Source: an uncultured virus (IMG/VR IMGVR_UViG_3300044837_000188)
Taxonomy: Duplodnaviria; Heunggongvirae; Uroviricota; Caudoviricetes
Reading direction: 5' to 3' (one strand)
Length of the DNA: 64,000 bases
IMG/VR virus record: IMGVR_UViG_3300044837_000188
Numbering within the stretch: position 1 is the first letter of the stretch; each line of letters opens with the position of its first letter. The notes beneath the pieces are model-generated. The model was not told where the DNA came from, made no database searches, and saw nothing but the letters and a program-made list of their open reading frames with translations. Positions 9,407-18,752 of the stretch are shown here, piece after piece. A program made the translations under genes and the position numbers.

Positions 9407-10366
9407 TCAGCGACGCATCAGGGCCGTACGGACGCTGTGGATGTCCACGACCTCACCCTCCCCGGCGTGCTCCATGGCGGGCGGCAGGGTGCTCGGGGGA
9501 GTGGGCACACGGGCCCCGATGCCCAGGAGGTCCGGACGGCCCTCGTCGCGCATCCGCTGCTGGATCCACTCCAGGCCCTTGACGGTCACCCGGAGTTGGC
9601 TGTGGGCCTCCTTGAAGCCCCCGGACTCGTGGTCCGGCCGGGACCTCGGAGCGAGCCGCAGGTGGTCGCTGTGGGCCGCGTAGGGCACGTACTGGCCGTC
9701 CGCCTTGCGCTGGGCCATGCCCCGGTCCACGATCCAGTCGAACAGGCGCCGGGGACCGACCCGGTCCGAGATCGCCGCGTCCCGCTTGAGGATGTAGGCC
9801 GCCTCGCGGACCGAGTAGTCCTGGCCGGTGTCGGCGAGGGTCTGCCAGGCCTCCGCCGGGGGCTTCAGCTCGTCCCTCTCGGCCTCCGCCTGGGCCTGGA
9901 GGAGTTCGGCCTTCTCCCGGGCCTCCACCTCGTCCGCGTGGGCCCTGAGGGCCTGGGCGTAGGTCTGGGGGATGGCCAGGACCTGCTGCTCGATGACCTC
10001 CATCTGGCGCGTCTTGACGGCGAAGTAGTTCTGGGCCGCCGCGATGGCGGCCTTCTTCGGGTCCCCGTTCATGAAGACGAGGTAGCAGGCCCTGCGGGAC
10101 AGCCGGTAGTCGTGGCCCTGGGGGCGTCCACGACCACGTTCTCCCTGGTCAGAGGTTTTCGGTACGGCCACCGAAAAATGCCCACGGGTGTCCTCGCCCA
10201 GTCCTCGGAAGGCGGTCTGGGCCCGGTTGATCGCGTCGTTGAAGTTCCGCCAGTCGCGGTAGTCGACGATCGGCATCAGCTCGCGGGCCGACCAGTACTC
10301 GCCCTGGTCATCGACATGCCGGAGCCGCTCGAACTCGCTCTCGTACGCCTTGATCTCGCTCGTCAT
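9407..10366 (-). CDS. Phage antirepressor: DinD/BRO-like N-terminus plus ANT/KilAC C-terminus
   Basis: AGGAGAG RBS; YWSARELMPIVDYRDWRNF, DYRLSRRACYLVFMNGDPKK..AQNYFA; PQTYAQALR..YSVREAA..RLFDW. Confidence 0.85.
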   Translation of the reverse strand: MTSEIKAYESEFERLRHVDDQGEYWSARELMPIVDYRDWRNFNDAINRAQTAFRGLGEDTRGHFSVAVPKTSDQGERGRGRPQGHDYRLSRRACYLVFMNGDPKKAAIAAAQNYFAVKTRQMEVIEQQVLAIPQTYAQALRAHADEVEAREKAELLQAQAEAERDELKPPAEAWQTLADTGQDYSVREAAYILKRDAAISDRVGPRRLFDWIVDRGMAQRKADGQYVPYAAHSDHLRLAPRSRPDHESGGFKEAHSQLRVTVKGLEWIQQRMRDEGRPDLLGIGARVPTPPSTLPPAMEHAGEGEVVDIHSVRTALMRR

Positions 10367-10445
10367 GTACTCTCCTGGTTGTTGTTTAGTCGTAGTCGGC
10401 CCCCTTCCTTGGAGGGGGCCTTCTGCATGTCCGGATCCTAGGCCC

Positions 10446-11366
10446 TCACACCGACAGGGGGTCAGCCCATCGGGCCCAGTCCTCGGCCGTGGAAGTCCGC
10501 CACAGCTCGGCCAGGCGCTCGATCCCCTCTCGGTGCTCTGCCGACTCAGTCCCGTCCAGCTCGGCCATGAGGGCGTCGGCCAGCGCCGGTCCGGGGTTCG
10601 GCCTCTGCGGCTGGGTGATCCGGATCTGCTCCTCGGCATGCTGCCGCAGGAGGTTCCCCTCGCGGATCCGCAGGTTCAGCGGGTCGAAGCGGTCGTCCAG
10701 GAACCAGGTCCAGTCCAGCCGGTACCGGGTCGCCCTGGCCTTCCCGGTCCGCAGGAGGATCCCGCAGCCGAAACTCTCGAACTTCTTGGCCAGGCGCTTG
10801 GCCCTGTCGGCCCCTCCGGCCAGCTCGGCCCACTCCTTCGCCGACATCTCCACGGGCTCCAGGCCGGTCAGGACCGCGACCCTCCAGCCCTCCGGCCCCA
10901 GTTCGGTCTTCTTCCTGCTCCAGATGTCCAGGGCCGGGTCCAGCACCGCCAATCGGTGCGCGAGTGAGTCACCATCTACATAGGGGTTCCAGCCCTTCAG
11001 ACCTACAGAGCTGGAAGGGCTCTTATAGGTATATGAGCTGGTGACTTGTTCCCGCACCGATTCGCCGAGACGGTAGATCGAGATCTCGCGGCCCTCGGAG
11101 TCCCAGGACTTGCCGCGCTCGACCGTCTGGACGAGACCGTGGGCGGAGTGGCCCCAGGCGACGGGGGAGAGGGTCTCCAGGACGGAGTTGAAGGCGACCC
11201 CGGCGGAGCGCTCCAGGGAGCGCATGCCCTGCTGGTCGGGGTCGAGGTACAGGGCGAACGCGATGCGGCACTCCACGATCGCGTCAGGGTGGTCGTGCAA
11301 CACGGACCGGATGTCACCAAGGTCAACGTGCAATGTGTTAGGCGCTGCGGTAGCTTTGTCGGACAC
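10446..11366 (-). CDS. Putative winged-helix DNA-binding / replication-initiator-like protein (start uncertain)
   Basis: Long ORF with two HTH-like segments (GMRSLERSAGVAFNSVLETL; MSAKEWAELAGGADRAKRLAKK..TRYRL); inference only. Confidence 0.5.
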   Translation of the reverse strand: MSDKATAAPNTLHVDLGDIRSVLHDHPDAIVECRIAFALYLDPDQQGMRSLERSAGVAFNSVLETLSPVAWGHSAHGLVQTVERGKSWDSEGREISIYRLGESVREQVTSSYTYKSPSSSVGLKGWNPYVDGDSLAHRLAVLDPALDIWSRKKTELGPEGWRVAVLTGLEPVEMSAKEWAELAGGADRAKRLAKKFESFGCGILLRTGKARATRYRLDWTWFLDDRFDPLNLRIREGNLLRQHAEEQIRITQPQRPNPGPALADALMAELDGTESAEHREGIERLAELWRTSTAEDWARWADPLSV

Positions 11367-11477
11367 GTGAATATGGGCCTGTCTGTCGTTGGTAGCGAGG
11401 CGGGTCCGAACGTCGGGGCTGGCAGGCCCTAGGCGTTCAACACATGACGATCGTACCTCGCGAAGGGTCGGTCGCAA

Positions 11478-11513
11478 GAGGGGCCCCAGGGAAACCTGGG
11501 GCCCCTCGTTTTT
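11478..11513 (+). terminator. Intrinsic terminator
   Basis: GAGGGGCCCCAGG-GAAA-CCTGGGGCCCCTC then GTTTTT. Confidence 0.7.
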
Positions 11514-11526
11514 AAAATCCTAAGGG

Positions 11527-11556
11527 GTGGCGCCCCAACAATCCTTGGGGTAGTCT
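11527..11556 (+). promoter_or_regulatory. Promoter-family copy
   Basis: GTGGCG-N18-TAGTCT with CCAACAATCCTTGG in the spacer. Confidence 0.65.
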
Positions 11557-11592
11557 CTGAGGTGCCAGAGACGATCCCGCCAGGAGGCGCCC

Positions 11593-13602
11593 ATGACCAC
11601 CTTCCCCGAAACCTTCACCGCCGGGCCCCGTACGTGGGACGACGTGGAGGTCAACCTCGCCAAGGAGCTGCCAGGCTACGAGCCCCGCGTGCCCCAGCAG
11701 ATCCTGGCCCTGGGCATTCAGGAGGCCATGACCGAGGGTGCCCACCTCCTGGCCCAGGCGGGCTGCGGCACCGGCAAGTCCATCGGCGGAACGGTCCCGA
11801 TGATCCTGGCCGCCAAGGCCGCCGGAACCCGCGTGGTCGTCGCCACCGCCACCAAGGCCCTTCAGGAGCAGTACGCGGTCAAGGACCTGCCGTTCCTCCA
11901 GGAGAAGAGCGGCATCGACTTCACCTGGGCGCTCGTCAAGGGCCGCTCCAACTACGCCTGCGCGGCCAAGCTCGCCGGGGAGGACATGGAGCGCCACCCG
12001 GTCGCCATGGCCGTCCGCGAGGAGCTGGAGACCGATCCCGAGCACGACGGCGACCGCGAGCACTTCGCGACCGAGATCGACGACATGAGCTGGATGAAGC
12101 TCTCCTCGTCCTCGAACGAGTGCCCTGGCAAGTCCGAGTGCCCCTTCGGTGCCATCTGCTACGCGGAGGCGGTCAAGGAGCGCGGCCAGCAGGTCGACGT
12201 GGTGATCACCAACCAGGCCATGCTGATGACGGACGTCGCGATCCGCGAGAAGACCCGCGACCGCGAGCAGGGCCCCGTGGCCATGCTGGGCGATTACGGC
12301 ATGGTGCTCTTCGACGAGGGCCACGAGTTGCCCGAGTACGCGATGAACGCGCTCGGCAACGACATCACCGGCACCGGCATCTCGCTGGCCGTCCGGGACG
12401 TCGTCAGCTTCGCGGCCCTGCACGGCACCGACCTCTCCTACCGCGCCGAGGACATGGCCCGGATCATGGAGCGCCTCAACGGACTCCTCCTGCCGCTCGG
12501 CGGGGAGGCCGTCACCCTCGCCTGGTTCGCCGAGAACTTCGAGCCCTTCACCGACGTCCTGGAGCTTTTCAAGCTCCTGCGCCTGGACCTCCAGTCCCTG
12601 GGGATCCGCAGCGAGGCCGACAAGGAGAACGCCCGCCGGAAGATCCTCCTGACCCGCCTGAGCAACGCCATGGCGACCCTGGAGGAGCTGCTCGTCTCCG
12701 AGGACGCCGACCGCGTCCGCTGGATCGAGACCTACGACGTGCGCGGCGAGACCCGCTGGCGGATGAAGGTCGCGCCGGTCCAGGTCGGCCCGTGGCTGGC
12801 CCGGAACCTCTGGCCGTTCGTGTACGCCGTGATCATGTCCGCCACCCTGTCGGCCGGTCGCAACAGCGACGGCTCGAAGGACTTCTCCTACATCCAGCGC
12901 ACCCTGGGCTTGCACGGCGCCCGCTCGGTGGACGTCGGTACGCCCTTCGACTTCGGCCAGCAGGCCCTGATGTACGTGCCGGACCGCAACGTCCCGAACC
13001 CCAAGGACCGGGGCGCCTGGATGGCCCGCACGATGGCCGACACGCTTCAGCTCATCGACATGGCCAAGGGTGGCGCGCTGCTGCTCTTCACGAGCCGCAC
13101 CGCCATGAAGGAGTCCTTCGAGAACCTCTCGGAGGGCCTGGAGAACCGGGGCCTGACCGCGCTCATGCAGGGCGACGGCCAGACCAACAAGGAGCTGGCC
13201 CGGATCTTCAAGGAGGACACCCACTCGGTCCTCTTCGCCCTGAAGTCCTTCTTCGTCGGCGTGGACATCCCGGGTGAGGCCTGCCGCTTGGTGATCATCG
13301 ACAAGATGCCCTTCCCGGTCCCGTCGGACCCGATTTTCGCGGCCCGGTCCCTGGCCGAGGAGCGCGCGGGCCGCAGGTCCTTCTCCACCCTGTCCATCCC
13401 GATGATGACCCTGACCCTGGAGCAGGGCGTGGGCCGTCTGATCCGGACCAAGGAGGACCGGGGTGTCGTGGCGATCATGGACTCCCGGCTCAGCTCCACC
13501 CCGTACGGCCGCTCGATCGTCAGCGCGCTGCCGGACTTCCCGACCACCACGAAGCTCTCGGACGTCCGGGACTTCTACGCCGGGAAGAGCTTCGGCCGGT
13601 GA
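11593..13602 (+). CDS. dinG: DinG/YoaA-family ATP-dependent DNA helicase
   Basis: YEPRVPQ, AGCGTGKS, ATKALQEQ, KGRSNYAC and Fe-S cysteines, FDEGHEL, MSATL, GVDIPG, QGVGRLIR. Confidence 0.92.
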   Translation: MTTFPETFTAGPRTWDDVEVNLAKELPGYEPRVPQQILALGIQEAMTEGAHLLAQAGCGTGKSIGGTVPMILAAKAAGTRVVVATATKALQEQYAVKDLPFLQEKSGIDFTWALVKGRSNYACAAKLAGEDMERHPVAMAVREELETDPEHDGDREHFATEIDDMSWMKLSSSSNECPGKSECPFGAICYAEAVKERGQQVDVVITNQAMLMTDVAIREKTRDREQGPVAMLGDYGMVLFDEGHELPEYAMNALGNDITGTGISLAVRDVVSFAALHGTDLSYRAEDMARIMERLNGLLLPLGGEAVTLAWFAENFEPFTDVLELFKLLRLDLQSLGIRSEADKENARRKILLTRLSNAMATLEELLVSEDADRVRWIETYDVRGETRWRMKVAPVQVGPWLARNLWPFVYAVIMSATLSAGRNSDGSKDFSYIQRTLGLHGARSVDVGTPFDFGQQALMYVPDRNVPNPKDRGAWMARTMADTLQLIDMAKGGALLLFTSRTAMKESFENLSEGLENRGLTALMQGDGQTNKELARIFKEDTHSVLFALKSFFVGVDIPGEACRLVIIDKMPFPVPSDPIFAARSLAEERAGRRSFSTLSIPMMTLTLEQGVGRLIRTKEDRGVVAIMDSRLSSTPYGRSIVSALPDFPTTTKLSDVRDFYAGKSFGR

Positions 13603-13880
13603 TCACGGCCGTCCTGTCGGGCTCCCTGCTCCAGTTCAAAAACTGGTGCAGGGAGAATGGAGCCGACCCACGGGACCGGAACATCGTGTACGTCCGGCAC
13701 GTCTCGGACCTGAGGGGGCTCGGGAAGCCGGTCGAGGTCATCGTCTACGGGACCTTCTTCGCTGACCGGAAGAACGCCGAGCAGCTCCACTGGGAGGTCC
13801 TCATGATCCAGCGCCAGAACAAGGACCTTCCGGACCCGGATCCGCCGCGCCCCTGGTCATGGAGCATCACCACCCCATGA
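13599..13880 (+). CDS. Hypothetical protein
   Basis: GTGA overlap with dinG, followed by terminator. Confidence 0.6.
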   Translation: MITAVLSGSLLQFKNWCRENGADPRDRNIVYVRHVSDLRGLGKPVEVIVYGTFFADRKNAEQLHWEVLMIQRQNKDLPDPDPPRPWSWSITTP

Positions 13881-13882
13881 GC

Positions 13883-13926
13883 GAAGCACCCCTCCCGGCC
13901 AGCATTCGGGAGGGGTGCTTCCTTTT
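13883..13926 (+). terminator. Intrinsic terminator
   Basis: GAAGCACCCCTCCCG / CGGGAGGGGTGCTTC then CTTTT. Confidence 0.7.
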
Positions 13927-13947
13927 CTACAGGAATTCCTGTAGTCT
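13927..13947 (+). promoter_or_regulatory. Operator palindrome overlapping a -10 element
   Basis: Perfect 18-bp palindrome CTACAGGAATTCCTGTAG overlapping TAGTCT; -35 poor. Confidence 0.55.
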
Positions 13948-13989
13948 TTCATCAACGCCAGAGACACCAACCGCCGCAGGAGGCGCCCT

Positions 13990-14727
13990 ATGACCACGCT
14001 CGTTCCGCTCACCCGCAGTCAGAAGCTCGCCCTGGCCGACAAGCCCCTCAAGGACGTCGCCACGGAGCTGCTGGGCGAGATCCCCCAGGAAGAGGCCGGA
14101 ACGGACTTCCCGGGTCTGCCGAAGGCCCTGACGGCCACGGCGGAGATCCGCAGTGCCCTGAAGGTGCTGTCGAGCACTTTCAACAAGGTCACCGTCGCCG
14201 AGCGGCGCACGATGAAGCCCGAGGAGATCGGCTCGATCGGCGTCGAGATGGAGGCGATCAAGGCCGTCGGCAAGCTGCTCGGCGAGCGCGAGGAGGCGCT
14301 CAAGGAGTACGTCAAGACCCACCAGGACGTGGAGGCCGAGGAGCAGGGCCGCGCGTTCCCCAAGGACGTCGTCCGGGGTGGCAAGACCATCGCGGAGGCG
14401 ACCTCTCGCGACAAGGACGGCCACTACATCCTGGCGGCCAAGGGCGAGGCGGTCGACACCGAGATCCCGGGCACCACGCTCCGCTTCTCGATGCAGCTCT
14501 CCTCGGGCCGGACCACGGAGAACCTCGGTGCCATCGCCGAGATGTTCGAGAACGGCGAGATCGACGAGGCGGCCTACAAGGCCATGACCGTCGTCCGCCG
14601 GGTCCCCACCGCCGAGAAGGTCCGCGCCTACGTCCTCAAGACGGGCCGTACGGACATCCTCGGCAAGATCGTCAAGAAGGGCCGTGACGGCTCTGCCCTG
14701 TACCTCCGCGCCCTGAAGAAGCGCTGA
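13990..14727 (+). CDS. Hypothetical protein
   Basis: AGGAGG RBS, strong codon bias; hairpin 14741-14773 downstream. Confidence 0.75.
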   Translation: MTTLVPLTRSQKLALADKPLKDVATELLGEIPQEEAGTDFPGLPKALTATAEIRSALKVLSSTFNKVTVAERRTMKPEEIGSIGVEMEAIKAVGKLLGEREEALKEYVKTHQDVEAEEQGRAFPKDVVRGGKTIAEATSRDKDGHYILAAKGEAVDTEIPGTTLRFSMQLSSGRTTENLGAIAEMFENGEIDEAAYKAMTVVRRVPTAEKVRAYVLKTGRTDILGKIVKKGRDGSALYLRALKKR

Positions 14728-14791
14728 ACCCCGAGATACCGGCCGGAGAAGCTCCCCCAGAGCTTCTCCGGCCCCGTTGTAGGAGGAACCC

Positions 14792-15280
14792 ATGACAGAG
14801 ACCCAGGAGACCGCTGGCGGCCAGGAGGAAGCCCACGAGGCCGCCGAGGGCCTCGCCGTCGTGCCGTTCTCCGAACTGACCGCGAAGTACGACATCCGAT
14901 CCCAGAAGGACTCCGGCAGCGACCGGGAGTTCTTCATGTGGGACAACATGTTCACGCTGAACGAGAACGGCCAGCCGCTCCCCGCGTACACCGTGCAGGA
15001 GACGGCCAAGCTGTTCTTCGGCAAGGGGCCGGACTGGCTCCGCTGGAGGTACCGCCCGGCGAACCACTACCCCAAGGGCTACTTCGTCCTGGACGACGTG
15101 GTGCTGGAGCCCAAGCGGACCGAGACCGGCAACCGCTACTACACGCTGGCCGACATCGAGCGGATGGCCCACGCCCTCGTGGAGAACGGGGCGATCGACG
15201 GAGCGAAGTTCTCGATCGTCCTTCAGCTCGTCCTGCTCCAGGCCGTGATGCACCGAGTGATCGAGGAGCCCGTTCCGTGA
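14792..15280 (+). CDS. MerR-like helix-turn-helix protein
   Basis: YTVQETAKLFFGKGPDWLRW...PKRTETGNRYYTLADIERM matches MerR HTH-wing pattern. Confidence 0.7.
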   Translation: MTETQETAGGQEEAHEAAEGLAVVPFSELTAKYDIRSQKDSGSDREFFMWDNMFTLNENGQPLPAYTVQETAKLFFGKGPDWLRWRYRPANHYPKGYFVLDDVVLEPKRTETGNRYYTLADIERMAHALVENGAIDGAKFSIVLQLVLLQAVMHRVIEEPVP

Positions 15281-16314
15281 CCCTTCCCGCCAGGACCGCG
15301 AAGTACAACAAGCCCGTGCGCCACGAGGACGTGGTGCTGAATCCTCTGGAGAACCCGAGCAGGATCCTCCTCTCCGGTGACACGCACGGAGACGGCGGCC
15401 ATGTCGCCTGGGTGATCCAGCACGCCAAGAAGATCGACGCCGGAGCCGTGTTCGTCCTCGGTGACTTCGGTATCTGGGACCACCTGGACGGCGGCCGGTT
15501 CACCGACACCGTCTCCCGGGAGTCCCGGCGCCATGGCGTCCCGGTGTTCTTCCTGCCGGGCAACCACGACAACTACGACCTCCTGTTCGAGTGGGAGGCG
15601 ACGAAGCCCCGGACAGCCGATGGCTTCTTCGAGATCAAGCCGGGGCTCTACTACTCGCCCCGGGGTCACCGGTGGAGCTGGCACGGCACCCGCTTCATGT
15701 CCCTGGGCGGCGCGTACAGCGTCGACAAGCAGGGCCGGGTCCTCCAGGACCAGATAGCGCTGCGAAGGGCACAGGCGGCCGAGGAGAAGGGCTCCAAGCT
15801 CACTGCGAAGGACCGGTACATGCTCCGGCTGGGCCAGTGGTCGTGGTGGGGCCAGGAGGAGATCTCCCAGGAGGAGCTGGACCACGCGCTGCGGGACGGC
15901 GAGATCGACATCCTGCTGACCCACGACAAGCCGCGTCTGTCCTCGCCGGGCTGGAACCGCAAGGACCTGGAGGAGTGCTGGACCAACCAGGAGGCGATCC
16001 AGGACGTCGTGGACGAGAAGAAGCCCAAGCTCCTCGTCCATGGGCACCTCCACTGGCCGTACGACCAGCGGCTCAAGAACGGAACCGTGGTCAAGGGGCT
16101 CGACTGCGATCCGGAGGCCTCCCGGTACTCCGGCGGCACCGGCATGAAGAACGCTTCGATCGCGATCCTGGAACTCGGCAAGACCTGGGACGACGGCAAG
16201 GAGAGCTTCACTCTCATCTGGGAGGGCAAGACCTTCGAGGGCTGGTCGAACGAGATCCGCCGGGACTTCGAGCTGCGTCAGGACGCCACTGCTGAGCTGG
16301 AGGGCTCGGAGTGA
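15277..16314 (+). CDS. Calcineurin-like metallophosphoesterase
   Basis: GDTHG, LGDFG, GNHD, THD, HGHLH motifs. Confidence 0.88.
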   Translation: MTLPARTAKYNKPVRHEDVVLNPLENPSRILLSGDTHGDGGHVAWVIQHAKKIDAGAVFVLGDFGIWDHLDGGRFTDTVSRESRRHGVPVFFLPGNHDNYDLLFEWEATKPRTADGFFEIKPGLYYSPRGHRWSWHGTRFMSLGGAYSVDKQGRVLQDQIALRRAQAAEEKGSKLTAKDRYMLRLGQWSWWGQEEISQEELDHALRDGEIDILLTHDKPRLSSPGWNRKDLEECWTNQEAIQDVVDEKKPKLLVHGHLHWPYDQRLKNGTVVKGLDCDPEASRYSGGTGMKNASIAILELGKTWDDGKESFTLIWEGKTFEGWSNEIRRDFELRQDATAELEGSE

Positions 16315-16472
16315 CGCAGCGCACCTGGTTTGCGCCGTTTATGGATGCGGCGAGAGAAGAGTTGCCGGAAGCTGACGAGAATGAGGTGGCGAAGCTGGCT
16401 CTGAGAAAACTCGGAGAGGCGTTTAAGGAAGCTGCCGCAGAACTCGGCTCGGATGAAGAGTATGGAGGATAA
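16311..16472 (+). CDS. Small acidic hypothetical protein (53 aa, below ORF-track cutoff)
   Basis: GTGA overlap; MTQRTWFAPFMDAAREELPE...; low-GC codons like the adjacent endonuclease. Confidence 0.45.
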   Translation: MTQRTWFAPFMDAAREELPEADENEVAKLALRKLGEAFKEAAAELGSDEEYGG

Positions 16473-16944
16473 GACCTGCATCGGCTGTGGAGAAGTCAAG
16501 CCGCTGAAGGACTTTCCTATTGCTCGTCAGTATAAGGATGGGCATCTTGGTCGGTGCTTCATCTGTCGCAATAAGCAGCGGCGAGATAGCCGAGCGAGGA
16601 ACACTGAGTCCCAGAGGACGACTGAGCGGGCGAGGTACGAGCGCACGAAAGAGCAGGTGCGCTCGTACAACCGTAGGCGGACATATGGAGTGACTCAGGA
16701 ACAGTTTGATCAGATGGTGGAGAACCAGAACGGACTTTGCCTGATATGCGGCAAGCCTCCTTCGGGTAAAGGTAAGAGCGCAATTCTCCATGTGGATCAC
16801 TGTCATGACACCGGGAAGGTCCGTGGCCTTCTCTGCACCAATTGCAATTGCGGGATTGGCTTCTTCAAGGACGATCCTGAATTGGTGAAGAAGGCATTGG
16901 CTTATCTTGAGGATGGTGGTTCTAGTGACGTTGCTCCTGATTGA
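16453..16944 (+). CDS. Endonuclease VII-family (HNH-type) probable homing endonuclease
   Basis: KTCIGCGEVKPL..F, CFIC, YGVT..QNGLCLICG, LHVDHCHDTGKVRGLLCTNCN; AT-richer than neighbours. Confidence 0.88.
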   Translation: MKSMEDKTCIGCGEVKPLKDFPIARQYKDGHLGRCFICRNKQRRDSRARNTESQRTTERARYERTKEQVRSYNRRRTYGVTQEQFDQMVENQNGLCLICGKPPSGKGKSAILHVDHCHDTGKVRGLLCTNCNCGIGFFKDDPELVKKALAYLEDGGSSDVAPD

Positions 16945-17791
16945 TGGAAACAACCTCTTCGCGAGGGCGTGGCACGCCACCCGCAACGAGGCCATGACGG
17001 CGGACGGGGAGTCGACGGCGGCCCTGGTGGTCTTCACCAACATCCTGCTGCGGCACATCCGCGAGGAGGACCCCGATCGTGTGGCGGTCTGCTGGGACGG
17101 GGGAGGGTCGCGCTACCGCACGGCCCTCCTGTCGACCTACAAGGCCAACCGGCGCACGGCGACCTCCATGCGCAGCAGCCGGGAGCGGTTCCTCGTGAAG
17201 GAGTTCCTCTCGCTGGCCGGGGTGTTCCACACGGAGCGCCCCGGCGTGGAGGCGGACGACCTGATCGCCAAGTACTGGTACGAGGCCGAGGAGAAGATCG
17301 TCCTGGTCTCCGAGGACAAGGACTTCCTCCAGCTCGTGGGGTGGAACCCGCTCGGCTACGACTGCGAGGTCCTGCGGTCGACCGGCGAGCGGTGGAACCG
17401 GTTCACGGTCCAGGACAAGTTCGGGATCCCGCCGGAGTGGCTGACGACGTGGATGGCCCTCGTCGGCGACACCTCGGACAACATCCCCGGCGTGACCGGC
17501 ATCGGACCTGTGCGGGCCACACAGCTCGTTCAGGAGGCCAGGGGCGACCTGGAGGCCATCGAGGACGAGAAGGTCCGGGAGAACCTCCCTCAGGCCCGTC
17601 TCAGCCGTGTCCTGGTGAACCTCCGGCTCCCCCTGCCGGGCCTGGAGGCTCCTCGGCCCCCGCTCTTCCACCCGACCCACCGCGACAGCTCCACGTACGA
17701 CGGGCTGATCGAGTTTCTCGGGCGCTATGAGATGAAGCAGCTCCTGGCACGCACCATGTCGGGCACGCTGTGGATGCAAGATCACACCTGA
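16925..17791 (+). CDS. 5'-3' exonuclease / flap endonuclease (PolI N-terminal-like)
   Basis: LLIDGNN, YKANR, EADDLI, SEDKDFLQL, LVGDTSDNIPGVTGIG. Confidence 0.9.
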   Translation: MTLLLIDGNNLFARAWHATRNEAMTADGESTAALVVFTNILLRHIREEDPDRVAVCWDGGGSRYRTALLSTYKANRRTATSMRSSRERFLVKEFLSLAGVFHTERPGVEADDLIAKYWYEAEEKIVLVSEDKDFLQLVGWNPLGYDCEVLRSTGERWNRFTVQDKFGIPPEWLTTWMALVGDTSDNIPGVTGIGPVRATQLVQEARGDLEAIEDEKVRENLPQARLSRVLVNLRLPLPGLEAPRPPLFHPTHRDSSTYDGLIEFLGRYEMKQLLARTMSGTLWMQDHT

Positions 17792-17951
17792 TCAGACCCT
17801 GTCGTCCATGACCATCGCTTGATACGATCGGGAACCGTCCCTTCCCCTCGCTCGGTCCGCCAGACGAAGAGGCGCGAGGCGCATAATGCGACCCGCCCCC
17901 GCCTGCTCCGACCGCAGATGGGGGCGGGATTTTAAAATCCGGGAGGGGACC

Positions 17952-18299
17952 ATGGACGAGGCAAAGAAGCAGCCGGACCGCCAGGGTGCGGCCATGTCGT
18001 CCAAGCAGATCGGACGCGCCGCCCATGCTGGCATCAAGATCGCCTTCCATACCGGGGTGCTCGACATCTCCGGGTACGTCGTGGGATCCGACGACTTCCA
18101 CTGGCTGGTGACGTCGGTCCACCCCACCTATGGGGTCTATACGGCCCTGGTGCACAAGACCTGTCCCGTGGTGGTCTTCACCTCCGACCTTCTGGAGCAC
18201 GAGCCCGAGGACGATCGCGCTGCGATCGAGGCCATCGGTGCGGGCTTCTGGGAGTGGTGCGGCAAGACCTACCTCGGCCTGTCCAAGAAGGAGCAGTGA
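17952..18299 (+). CDS. Hypothetical protein
   Basis: GGAGG RBS; alternative start at MSSKQ. Confidence 0.6.
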   Translation: MDEAKKQPDRQGAAMSSKQIGRAAHAGIKIAFHTGVLDISGYVVGSDDFHWLVTSVHPTYGVYTALVHKTCPVVVFTSDLLEHEPEDDRAAIEAIGAGFWEWCGKTYLGLSKKEQ

Positions 18300-18306
18300 A
18301 GCGCGT

Positions 18307-18705
18307 ATGAGCAACGCACAGCAGGAGGCTTTCCGCCGTCTCCTGGCCCGCCAGAGCACGACGTCCGAAGAGACCGTCCCCGTGGTGGCCGAGCGCGTCA
18401 CCGTGACGGCGGTCGCCGGGGCCACCTACCTCATGAAGCCGGACGCCCAGTGGACCTGGGAGGACCTCCGCGACTACGTGACCGGCCAGATCGAGCAGTA
18501 TCACGGGCCTCAGGTCCGCAACGCCATGAAGGAGGCCTCGGTCTTCAAGTCCTTCCTGGCCCGCCACGGCGAGAAGGCTGTGGGTATCGCACGGTTCGCC
18601 TTCGAGGTGCAGCGCGGCATGTGGCAGCGCGCCCCGATCTCGGTGAACCGCTTCTGCAAGGGGAGCGATCCCTTCTTCGCGGACCCGATCAAGGACCGTC
18701 TGTAG
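18307..18705 (+). CDS. Hypothetical protein (replication module)
   Basis: Strong codon bias; upstream of helicase loader. Confidence 0.65.
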   Translation: MSNAQQEAFRRLLARQSTTSEETVPVVAERVTVTAVAGATYLMKPDAQWTWEDLRDYVTGQIEQYHGPQVRNAMKEASVFKSFLARHGEKAVGIARFAFEVQRGMWQRAPISVNRFCKGSDPFFADPIKDRL

Positions 18706-18752
18706 ACCCCGTCCGACCCGCCACGGACGTGAAGAGATCCGAAGGAGCCACC

